From NCBI GenBank assembly GCA_964247055.1, contig OZ176056.1, forward strand, positions 9,052,001 through 9,116,000: DNA of 64,000 bases. The letters run 5' to 3'. The position numbers were made by a program, and so were the translations under genes. Position 1 is the stretch's first letter, and the number at the start of each line of letters is the position of its first letter. The notes beneath the pieces are model-generated. The model saw only the letters and a list, made by a program, of their open reading frames with translations, searched no databases and had not been told where the DNA came from. This DNA comes from Paragordius varius. Taxonomy: Eukaryota > Animalia > Nematomorpha. Shown one piece after another: positions 1 to 12,570 of this stretch.

Positions 1-1097
1 GTGGGCGTCTGTTTTCAAAAAAAACCGTTTTTCACACGGAGTGAGCCCGAACTGGGGGCCTATTTCAAAAAACGGGCGAAGCTATTGTCGGGGCATTCAT
101 TCAAGATTATATTTTTTCGATATTTGGATTTGAATGGGTCTACCGGTTTTCCTGTAGCAGATCACAAAGCCAACATTTTCCATTTTTATAAATATATAGA
201 TTTCTATAAATAATGTTTTATTATCCATATATCTTTTAACATCCTATACATATGATAGATACTCCTTACTCAGCAGCTATCGTCAAAGAAACGCTTGACT
301 AAAATTTTTGCCTTTTAAGAAGGAATACTAAAAATCCTTATCGAATTTTTACAGTCTCATACCTTGGGCAGAAAAACAATCAAAAAATTATTTTTGTGGA
401 CTTTGTTTTTTTTTTGAAAAAGATGGCATTTTACGGGGGGAGCGGGTAAAAAGAGGGACTAAGTTAAAAAAGCGAGACGACTATGTTCGGCGCAATCGAA
501 AATAACTAAATAAAAATCATATTTGAAATTGAATGGTCCAACACGTTCTCCGGAAAATTCTCTCAAAGACACGATTTTTGTGGGCGTCTGTTTTCAAAAA
601 AAACCGTTTTTCACACGGAGTGAGCCCGAACTGGGGGCCTATTTCAAAAAACGGGCGAAGCTATTGTCGGGGCATTCATTCAAGATTATATTTTTTCGAT
701 ATTTGGATTTGAATGTGTCTACCGGTTTTCCTGTAGCAGATCACAAAGCCAGCATTTTCCATTTTTATAATTATAGATTACTATAAATAATGTTTTATTA
801 TCCATATATTTTTCAACATCCTATACATATGATAGATACTCCTTACTCAGCAGCTATCGTCAAAGAAACGCTTGACTAAAATTTTTGCCTTTTAAGAAGG
901 AATACTAAAAATACTTATCGTATTTACAGTCTCATACCTTGGGCAGAAAAACAATCAAAAAATTATTTTTGTGGACTTTGTTTTTTTTTTGAAAAAGGTG
1001 GCATTTTACGGGGGGAGCGGGTAAAAAGAGGGACTAAGTTAAAAAAGCGAGACGACTATGTTCGGCGCAATCGAAAATAACTAAATAAAAATCATAT

Positions 1098-3401
1098 TTG
1101 AAATTGAATGGTCCAACACGTTCTCCGGAAAATTCTCTCAAAGACACGATTTTTGTGGACGTCTGTTTTCAAAAAAAAAACGTTTTTCACACGGAGTGAG
1201 CCCGAACTGGGGGCCTATTTCAAAAAACGGGCGAAGCTATTGTCGGGGCATTCATTCAAGATTATACTTTTTCGATATTTGGATTTGAATGGGTCTACCG
1301 GTTTTCCTGTAGCAGATCACAAAGCCAGCATTTTCCATTTTTATAAATATAGATTACTATAAATAATGTTTTATTATCCATATATTTTTCAACATCCTAT
1401 ACATATGATAGATACTCCTTACTCAGCAGCTATCGTCAAAGAAACGCTTGACTAATATTTTTGCCATTTAAGAAGGAATACTAAAAATCCTTATCGAATT
1501 TTTACAGTCTCATACCTTGGGCAGAAAAACAATCAAAAAATTATTTTTGTGGACTTTGTTTTTTTTTTGAAAAAGGTGGCATTTTGTGGGAGCGGGTAAA
1601 AAGAGGGACTAAGTTAAAAAAGCGAGACGACTATGTTTGGCGCAATCGAAAATAACTAAATAAAAATCATATTTGAAATTGAATGGTCCAACACGTTCTC
1701 CGGAAAATTGTCTCAAAGACACGATTTTTGTGGACGTCTGTTTTCAAAAACACACCCATTTTTCACACGGGGTAGGCCCGAACTGGTGGCCTATTTGAAA
1801 AACACGGGCGAAGCTATTGACGGGGCATTCATTCAAGATTATATTTTTTCGATGTTTGTATTTGAATGGATCTACCGGTTTTCCTGTAGCAGATCACAAA
1901 GCCAGCATTTTCCATTTTTATAAATATATAGATTTCTATAAATAATGTTTTATTATCCATATATCTTTTAACATCCTATACATATGATAGATACTCCTTA
2001 CTCAGCAGCTATCGTCAAAGAAACGCTTGACTAAAATTTTTGCCTTTTAAGAAGGAATACTAAAAATCCTTATCGAATTTTTACAGTCTCATACCTTGGG
2101 GAGAAAAACAATCAAAAAATTATTTTTGTGGACTTTGTTTTTTTTTTGAAAAAGGTGGCATTTTGTGGGAGCGGGTAAAAAGAGGGACTAAGTTAAAAAA
2201 GCGAGACGACTATGTTCGGCGCAATCGAAAATAACTAAATAAAAATCATATTTGAAATTGAATGGTCCAACACGTTCTCCGGAAAATTCTCTCAAAGACA
2301 CGATTTTTGTGGACGTCTGTTTTCAAAAAAAAAACGTTTTTCACACGGAGTGAGCCCGAACTGGGGGCCTATTTCAAAAAACGGGCGAAGCTATTGTCGG
2401 GGCATTCATTCAAGATTATACTTTTTCGATATTTGGATTTGAATGGGTCTACCGGTTTTCCTGTAGCAGATCACAAAGCCAGCATTTTCCATTTTTATAA
2501 ATATAGATTACTATAAATAATGTTTTATTATCCATATATTTTTCAACATCCTATACATATGATAGATACTCCTTACTCAGCAGCTATCGTCAAAGAAACG
2601 CTTGACTAATATTTTTGCCATTTAAGAAGGAATACTAAAAATCCTTATCGAATTTTTACAGTCTCATACCTTGGGCAGAAAAACAATCAAAAAATTATTT
2701 TTGTGGACTTTGTTTTTTTTTTGGAAAAGGTGGCATTTTGTGGGAGCGGGTAAAAAGAGGGACTAAGTTAAAAAAGCGAGACGACTATGTTTGGCGCAAT
2801 CGAAAATAACTAAATAAAAATCATATTTGAAATTGAATGGTCCAACACGTTCTCCGGAAAATTGTCTCAAAGACACGATTTTTGTGGACGTCTGTTTTCA
2901 AAAACACACCCATTTTTCACACGGGGTAGGCCCGAACTGGTGGCCTATTTGAAAAACACGGGCGAAGCTATTGACGGGGCATTCATTCAAGATTATATTT
3001 TTTCGATGTTTGTATTTGAATGGATCTACCGGTTTTCCTGTAGCAGATCACAAAGCCAGCATTTTCCATTTTTATAAATATATAGATTTCTATAAATAAT
3101 GTTTTATTATCCATATATCTTTTAACATCCTATACATATGATAGATACTCCTTACTCAGCAGCTATCGTCAAAGAAACGCTTGACTAAAATTTTTGCCTT
3201 TTAAGAAGGAATACTAAAAATCCTTATCGAATTTTTACAGTCTCATACCTTGGGGAGAAAAACAATCAAAAAATTATTTTTGTGGACTTTGTTTTTTTTT
3301 TGAAAAAGGTGGTTTACGGGGGGAGCGGGTAAAAAGAGGGACTAAGTTAAAAAAGCGAGACGACTATGTTCGGCGCAATCGAAAATAACTAAATAAAAAT
3401 T
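1098..3401 (+). repeat. Local dimer higher-order repeat (period 1154 bp, ABAB)
   Basis: Identical translated products at 1108/2262 and 1708/2862. The same period appears at 43448/44602. Confidence 0.9.
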
Positions 3402-6400
3402 ATATTAGAAATTGGATGATCCAACACGTTCTCCGGAAAATTGTCTCAAAGACACGATTTTTGTGGACGTCTGTTTTCAAAAAAACCCATTTTTCACACG
3501 GGGTGGGCCCGAACTGTGGGCCTATTTCAAAAAACGGGTGAAGCTATTGACGGGGCATTCATTCAAGATTATATTTTTTCGATGTTTGTATTTGAATGGG
3601 TCTACCGGTTTTCCTGTAGCAGATCACAAAGCCAGCATTTTCCATTTTTATAAATATATAGATTTCTATAAATAATGTTTTATTATCCATATATCTTTTA
3701 ACATCCTATACATATGATAGATACTCCTTACTCAGCAGCTATCGTCAAAGAAACGCTTGACTTAAATTTTTGCCTTTTAAGAAGGAATACTAAAAATCCT
3801 TATCGAATTTTTACAGTCTCATACCTTGGGGAGAAAAACAATCAAAAAATTATTTTTGTGGACTTTGTTTTTTTTTTGAAAAAGGTGGTTTACGGGGGGA
3901 GCGGGTAAAAAGAGGGACTAAGTTAAAAAAGCGAGACGACTATGTTCGGCGCAATCGAAAATAACTAAATAAAAATTATATTAGAAATTGGATGATCCAA
4001 CACGTTCTCCGGAAATTTGTCTCAAAGACACGATTTTTGTGGACGTCTGTTTTCAAAAAAACCCATTTTTCACACGGGGTGGGCCCGAACTGTGGGCCTA
4101 TTTCAAAAAACGGGTGAAGCTATTGTCGGGGCATTCATCCAAGATTATATTTTTTCGATGTTTGGATTTGAATGGGTCTACCGGTTTTCCTGTAGCAGAT
4201 CACAAAGCCAGCATTTTCCATTTTTATAAATATATAGATTACTATAAATAATGTTTTATTATCCATATATCTTTTAACATCCTATACATATGATAGATAC
4301 TCCTTACTCAGCAGCTATCATCAAAGAAACGGTGGACTAAAATTTTTGCCTTTTAACAGGGAATACGTGGAATCCACATTGAATTTTTACGGTCTCATAC
4401 CTTAGGCAAAAAATCGATTAAAAAAATATTTTTGTGGACTTTGTTTTTTTTGAAAAAGGTGGCATTTTACGGGGGGAGCGGGTAAAAAGAGAGACTAATT
4501 TTAAAAAGCGAGACGACTATGTTCGGCGCAATCGAAAATAACTAAATAAAAATTATATTAGAAATTGGATGGTCCAACACGTTCTCCGGAAAATTGTCTC
4601 AAAGACACGATTTTTGTGAACGTCTGTTTTCAAAAACACACCCATTTTTCACACGGGGTGGGCCCGAACTGGGGGCCTATTTCAAAAACACGGGCGAAGC
4701 TATTGACGGGGCATTCATTCAAGATTATATTTTTTCGATGTTTGTATTTGAATGGATCTACCGGTTTTCCTGTAGCAGATCACAAAGCCAGCATTTTCCA
4801 TTTTTATAAATATATAGATTTCTATAAATAATGTTTTATTATCCATATATCTTTTAACATCCTATACATATGATAGATACTCCTTACTCAGCAGCTATCG
4901 TCAAAGAAACGCTTGACTAAAATTTTTGCCTTTTAAGAAGGAATACTAAAAATCCTTATCGAATTTTTACAGTCTCATACCTTGGGGAGAAAAACAATCA
5001 AAAAATTATTTTTGTGGACTTTGTTTTTTTTTTGAAAAAGGTGGTTTACGGGGGGAGCGGGTAAAAAGAGGGACTAAGTTAAAAAAGCGAGACGACTATG
5101 TTCGGCGCAATCGAAAATAACTAAATAAAAATTATATTAGAAATTGGATGATCCAACACGTTCTCCGTAAAATTGTCTCAAAGACACGATTTTTGTGGAC
5201 GTCTGTTTTCAAAAAAACCCATTTTTCACACGGGGTGGGCCCGAACTGTGGGCCTATTTCAAAAAACGGGTGAAGCTATTGACGGGGCATTCATTCAAGA
5301 TTATATTTTTTCGATGTTTGTATTTGAATGGGTCTACCGGTTTTCCTGTAGCAGATCACAAAGCCAGCATTTTCCATTTTTATAAATATATAGATTTCTA
5401 TAAATAATGTTTTATTATCCATATATCTTTTAACATCCTATACATATGATAGATACTCCTTACTCAGCAGCTATCGTCAAAGAAACGCTTGACTTAAATT
5501 TTTGCCTTTTAAGAAGGAATACTAAAAATCCTTATCGAATTTTTACAGTCTCATACCTTGGGGAGAAAAACAATCAAAAAATTATTTTTGTGGACTTTGT
5601 TTTTTTTTTGAAAAAGGTGGTTTACGGGGGGAGCGGGTAAAAAGAGGGACTAAGTTAAAAAAGCGAGACGACTATGTTCGGCGCAATCGAAAATAACTAA
5701 ATAAAAATTATATTAGAAATTGGATGATCCAACACGTTCTCCGGAAAATTGTCTCAAAGACACGATTTTTGTGGACGTCTGTTTTCAAAAAAACCCATTT
5801 TTCACACGGGGTGGGCCCGAACTGTGGGCCTATTTCAAAAAACGGGTGAAGCTATTGACGGGGCATTCATTCAAGATTATATTTTTTCGATGTTTGTATT
5901 TGAATGGGTCTACCGGTTTTCCTGTAGCAGATCACAAAGCCAGCATTTTCCATTTTTATAAATATATAGATTTCTATAAATAATGTTTTATTATCCATAT
6001 ATCTTTTAACATCCTATACATATGATAGATACTCCTTACTCAGCAGCTATCGTCAAAGAAACGCTTGACTTAAATTTTTGCCTTTTAAGAAGGAATACTA
6101 AAAATCCTTATCGAATTTTTACAGTCTCATACCTTGGGGAGAAAAACAATCAAAAAATTATTTTTGTGGACTTTGTTTTTTTTTTGAAAAAGGTGGTTTA
6201 CGGGGGGAGCGGGTAAAAAGAGGGACTAAGTTAAAAAAGCGAGACGACTATGTTCGGCGCAATCGAAAATAACTAAATAAAAATTATATTAGAAATTGGA
6301 TGATCCAACACGTTCTCCGGAAATTTGTCTCAAAGACACGATTTTTGTGGACGTCTGTTTTCAAAAAAACCCATTTTTCACACGGGGTTTGCCCGAACTG

Positions 6401-7446
6401 TGGGCCTATTTCAAAAAACGGGTGAAGCTATTGTCGGGGCATTCATCCAAGATTATATTTTTTCGATGTTTGGATTTGAATGGGTCTACCGGTTTTCCTG
6501 TAGCAGATCACAAAGCCAGCATTTTCCATTTTTATAAATATATAGATTACTATAAATAATGTTTTATTATCCATATATCTTTTAACATCCTATACATATG
6601 ATAGATACTCCTTACTCAGCAGCTATCATCAAAGAAACGGTGGACTAAAATTTTTGCCTTTTAACAGGGAATACGTGGAATCCACATTGAATTTTTACGG
6701 TCTCATACCTTAGGCAAAAAATCGATTAAAAAAATATTTTTGTGGACTTTGTTTTTTTTGAAAAAGGTGGCATTTTACGGGGGGAGCGGGTAAAAAGAGA
6801 GACTAATTTTAAAAAGCGAGACGACTATGTTCGGCGCAATCGAAAATAACTAAATAAAAATTATATTAGAAATTGGATGGTCCAACACGTTCTCCGGAAA
6901 ATTGTCTCAAAGACACGATTTTTGTGAACGTCTGTTTTCAAAAACACACCCATTTTTCACACGGGGTGGGCCCGAACTGGGGGCCTATTTCAAAAAAACG
7001 GGCGAAGCTATTGACGGGGCATTCATTCAAGATTATATTTTTTCGATGTTTGTATTTGAATGGGTCTACCGGTTTTCCTGTAGCAGATCACAAAGCCAGC
7101 ATATTCCATTTTTATAAATATATAGATTTCTATAAATAATGTTTTATTATCCATATATCTTTTAACATCCTATACATATGATAGATACTCCTTACTCAGC
7201 ACCTATCGTCAAAGAAACGCTTGACTAAAATTTTTGCCTTTTAAGAAGGAATACTAAAAACCTTATCGAATTTTTACAGTCTCATACCTTGGGCAGAAAA
7301 ACAATCAAAAAATTATTTTTGTGGACTTTGTTTTTTTTTGAAAAAGGTGGCATTTTACGGGGGGAGCGGGTAAAAAGAGGGACTAAGTTAAAAACGCGAG
7401 ACGACTATGTTCGGCGCAATCGATAATAACTAAATAAAAATCATAT
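3402..7446 (+). repeat. Local trimer-based HOR, pattern A B C A A B C'
   Basis: Monomers marked TTAGAAATTGGATGATCC (A, B), GGAAATTTGTC plus CATTCATCC (B) and TTTGTGAACG (C) start at 3402, 3978, 4555, 5134, 5710, 6286, 6863. The counterpart 45742-49209 reads A B C A B C' (period ~1732). Confidence 0.88.
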
Positions 7447-8550
7447 TTGAAATTGAATGGTCCAACACGTTCTCCGGAAAATTCTCTCAAAGACACGATT
7501 TTTGTGGACGTCTGTTTTCATAAAAAACCCATTTTTCACATGGGGTGGGCCCGAACTGGGGGCCTATTCAAAAAACGGGCGAAGCTATTGTCGGGGCATT
7601 CATTCAAGATTATATTTTTTCGATATTTGTATTTTAATGGGTCTACCGGTTTTCCTGTAGCAGATCACAAAGCCAGCATTTTCCATTTTTATAAATATAG
7701 ATTACTATAAATAATGTTTTATTATCCATATATCTTTCAACATCCTATACATATGATAGATACTCCTTACTCAGCAGCTATCGACAAAGAAACGCTTGAC
7801 TAAAATTTTTGCCTTTAAAGAGGAATACTAAAAATCCTTATCGAATTTTTACAGTCTCATACCTTGGGCAGAAAAACAATCAAAAAATTATTTTTGTGGA
7901 CTTTGTTTTTTTTTTTGATAAAGGTGGCATTTTACGTTGGGAGCGGGTAAAAAGAGGGACTAAGTTAAAAACGCGAGACGACTATGTTCGGCGCAATCGA
8001 TAATAACTAAATAAAAATCATATTTGAAATTGAATGGTCCAACACGTTCTCCGGAAAATTCTCTCAAAGACACGATTTTTGTGGGCGTCTGTTTTCAAAA
8101 AAAACCCATTTTCCACATGGGGTGGGCCCGAACTGTGAGTCTATTTCAAAAAACGGACGAAGCTATTGTCGAGGCATTCATTCAAGATTATATTTTTTCG
8201 ATGTTTTATTTGAATGGGTCTACCGGTTTTCCTGTATCAGATCACAAAGCCAGCATTTTCCATTTTTATAAATATATAGATTACCATAAATAATGTTTTA
8301 TTATCCATATATCTTTTAACATCCTATACATATGATAGATACTCCTTACTCAGCAGCTATCATCAAAGAAACGCTTGACTAAAATTTTTGCCTTTTAACA
8401 GGGAATACGTGGAATCCATATTGAATTTATACAGTCTCATACCTTAGGCAGAAAAACAATCTAAAAAATTATTTTTATGGACTTTGTTTTTTTTGAAAAA
8501 GGTGGCATTTTACGGGGGGAGCGGGTAAAAAGAGGGACTAAGATAAAAAA

Positions 8551-11500
8551 GTGAGTCGACTATGTTCAGCGCGATCGAAAATAAGAAAATTATATTTGAA
8601 ATTGGATGGTCCAACATGTTCTCCAGAAAATTGTCTCAAAGACACGATTTTTGTGGACTTCTGTTTACAAAAAAAACCGTTTTTCAGACGGAGTGAGCCC
8701 GAACTGGGGGCCTATTTCAAAAAACTGGCGAAGCTATTGTCGGGGCATTCATTCAAGATTATATTTTTTCGATGTTTGTATTTGAATGGGTCTACCGGTT
8801 TTCCTGTAGCAGATCACAAAGCCAGGATTTTCCATTTTTATAAATATATAGATTACTATAAATAATGTTTTATTATCCATATTAAACATCCTATACATAT
8901 GATAGATACTCCTTACTCAGCAGCTATCATCAAAGAAACGCTTGACTAAAATTTTTGCCTTTAAAGAGGAATACTAAAAATCCTTTACGAATTTTTACAG
9001 TCTTATACCTTGGGCAGAAAAACAATCAAAAAATTATTTTTGTGGATTTTGTTTTTTTTTGAAAAAGGTGGCATTTTACGCGGGGAGCGGGTAAAAAGAG
9101 GGACTAAGTTAAAAAAGCGAGACGACTATGTTCGGCGCAATCGAAAATAACTAAATAAAAATCATATTTGAAATTGGATGGTCCAACACGTTCTCCGGAA
9201 AATTGTCTCAAAGACACGATTTTTGTGGACTTATGTTTTCAAAAAAAAACCGTTTTTAACACGGGGCGGGCCCGAACTGGGGGCCTATTTCAAAAAACGG
9301 GCGAAGCTATTGTCGAAGCATTCATTCAAGATTATATTTTTATAATGTTTGGATTTGAATGGGTCTACCGGTCTTCCTGTAGCAGATCACAAAGCCAGCA
9401 TTTTCCATTTTTATAAATATATAGATTACCATAAATAATGTTTTATTATCCATATATCTTTTAACATCCTATACATATGATAGATACTCCTTACTCAGCA
9501 GCTATCATCAAAGAAACGCTTGACTAAAATTTTTGCCTTTTAAGAGGTAATACTAAAAATCCTTATCGAATTTTTGCAGTCTTATACCTTGGGCAGAAAA
9601 ACAATCAAAATATTATTTTTGTGGACTTTGTTTTTTTTTGAAAAAGGTGTCATTTAACGTTGGGAGCGGGTAAAAAGAGGGACTAAGTTAAAAAAGCGAG
9701 ACGACTATGTTCGGCGCAATCGAAAATAACTAAATTAATTCATATTTGAAATTGAATGGTCCAACACGTTCTCCGGAAATACACGATTTTTGTGGACTTC
9801 TGTTTTCAAAAAAAAACCGTTTTTCACACGGGGTGGGCCCGAACTGGGGGCCTATTTCAAAAAACGGGCGAAGCTATTGTCGGGGCATTCATTCAAGATT
9901 ATATTTTTTCGATGTTTGTATTTGAATGGGTCTACCGGTTTTCCTGTAGCAGATCACAAAGCCAGGATTTTCCATTTTTATAAATATATAGATTACTATA
10001 AATAATGTTTTATTATCCATATTAAACATCCTATACATATGATAGATACTCCTTACTCAGCAGCTATCATCAAAGAAACGCTTGACTAAAATTTTTGCCT
10101 TTAAAGAGGAATACTAAAAATCCTTTACGAATTTTTACAGTCTTATACCTTGGGCAGAAAAACAATCAAAAAAATATTTTTGTGGACTTTGTTTTTTATG
10201 AAAAAGGTGGCATTTTACGGGGGGAGCGGGTAAAAAGAGGGACTAAGATAAAAAAGTGAGTCGACTATGTTTAGCACGATCGAAAATAAGAAAATTATAT
10301 TTGAAATTGGATGGTCCAACATGTTCTCCGGAAAATTGTCTCAAAGACACGATTTTTGTGGACTTCTGTTGTTTTCAAAAAAAACCGTTTTTCAGACGGA
10401 GTGAGCCCGAACTGGGGGCCTATTTCAAAAAACGGGCGAAGCTATTGTCGGGGCATTCATTCAAGATTATATTTTTTCGATGTTTGTATTTGAATGGGTC
10501 TACCGGTTTTCCTGTAGCAGATCACAAAGCCAGCATTTTCCATTTTTATAAATATATAGATTACTATAAATAATATTTTATTATCCATATTAAACATCCT
10601 ATAAATATGATAGATACTCCTTACTCAGCAGCTATCATCAAAGAAACGCTTGACTAAAATTTTTGCCTTTAAAGAGGAATACTAAAAATCCTTTACGAAT
10701 TTTTACAGTCTTATACCTTGGGCAGAAAAACAATCAAAAAATTATTTTTGTGGACTTTGTTTTTTTTGAAAAAGGTGGCATTTTACGGGGGGGAGCGGGT
10801 AAAAAGAGGGACTAAGTTAAAAAATCGAGACGACTATGTTCGGCGCAATCGAAAATAACTAAATAAAAATCATATTTGAAATTGAATGGTCCAACACGTT
10901 CTCCGGAAATACACGATATTTGTGGACTTCTGTTTTCAAAAAAAAACCGTTTTTCACAGGGGGTGGGCCCGAACTGTGGCCTATTTCAAAAAACGGGCGA
11001 AGCTATTGTCGGGGCATTCATTCAAGATTATATTTTTTCGATGTTTGTATTTGAATGGGTCTACCGGTTTTCCTGTAGCAGATCACAAAGCCAGGATTTT
11101 CCATTTTTATAAATATATAGATTACTATAAATAATGTTTTATTATCCATATTAAACATCCTATACATATGATAGATACTCCTTACTCAGCAGCTATCATC
11201 AAAGAAACGCTTGACTAAAATTTTTGCCTTTAAAGAGGAATACTAAAAATCCTTTACGAATTTTTACAGTCTTATACCTTAGGCAGAAAAACAATCTAAA
11301 AAATTATTTTTATGGACTTTGTTTTTTTTGAAAAAGGTGGCATTTTACGGGGGGAGCGGGTAAAAAGAGGGACTAAGATAAAAAAGTGAGTCGACTATGT
11401 TCAGCGCGATCGAAAATAAGAAAATTATATTTGAAATTGGATGGTCCAACATGTTCTCCGGAAAATTGTCTCAAAGACACGATTTTTGTGGACTTCTGTT

Positions 11501-12570
11501 TACAAAAAAAACCGTTTTTCAGACGGAGTGAGCCCGAACTGGGGGCCTATTTCAAAAAACGGGCGAAGCTATTGTCGGGGCATTCATTCAAGATTATATT
11601 TTTTCGATGTTTGTATTTGAATGGGTCTACCGGTTTTCCTGTAGCAGATCACAAAGCCAGGATTTTCCATTTTTATAAATATATAGATTACTATAAATAA
11701 TGTTTTATTATCCATATTAAACATCCTATACATATGATAGATACTCCTTACTCAGCAGCTATCATCAAAGAAACGCTTGACTAAAATTTTTGCCTTTAAA
11801 GAGGAATACTAAAAATCCTTTACGAATTTTTACAGTCTTATACCTTGGGCAGAAAAACAATCAAAAAATTATTTTTGTGGATTTTGTTTTTTTTGAAAAA
11901 GGTGGCATTTTACGCGGGGAGCGGGTAAAAAGAGGGACTAAGTTAAAAAAGCGAGACGACTATGTTCGGCGCAATCGAAAAAAACTAAATAAAAATCATA
12001 TTTGAAATTGGATGGTCCAACACGTTCTCCGGAAAATTGTCTCAAAGACACGATTTTTGTGGACTTATGTTTTCAAAAAAAACCGTTTTTCAGACGGAGT
12101 GAGCCCGAACTGGGGGCCTATTTCAAACGGGCGAAGCTATTGTCGGGGCATTCATTCAAGATTATATTTTTTCGATGTTTGTATTTGAATGGGTCTACCG
12201 GTTTTCCTGTAGCAGATCACAAAGCCAGGATTTTCCATTTTTATAAATATATAGATTACTATAAAGAATGTTTTATTATCCATATTAAACATCCTATACA
12301 TATGATAGATACTCCTTACTCAGCAGCTATCATCAAAGAAACGCTTGACTAAAATTTTTGCCTTTAAAGAGGAATACTAAAAATCCTTTACGAATTTTTA
12401 CAGTCTTATACCTTGGGCAGAAAAACAATCAAAAAATTATTTTTGTGGATTTTGTTTTTTTTTGAAAAAGGTGGCATTTTACGCGGGGAGCGGGTAAAAA
12501 GAGGGACTAAGTTAAAAAAGCGAGACGACTATGTTCGGCGCAATCGAAAATAACTAAATAAAAATCATAT
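8551..12570 (+). repeat. Partial pentamer HOR (period 2835 bp)
   Basis: The monomer with CTGTTTACAAAAAAAACCGTTTTTCAGACGG preceded by AATCTAAAAAATTATTTTTATGG recurs at 8551/11386. The CCGGAAATACACG deletion monomer occurs at 9746 and 10876. Confidence 0.75.

Noticed and set aside
61-80. TTTCAAAAAACGGG as a CENP-B box
   Set aside because: It lacks the G of TTCG, and the spacing to CGGG is two bases short.
290-335. TTGACT hexamer resembling a sigma70 -35 element
   Set aside because: No -10 element at 16-18 bp spacing, no downstream gene, and the context is satellite DNA.
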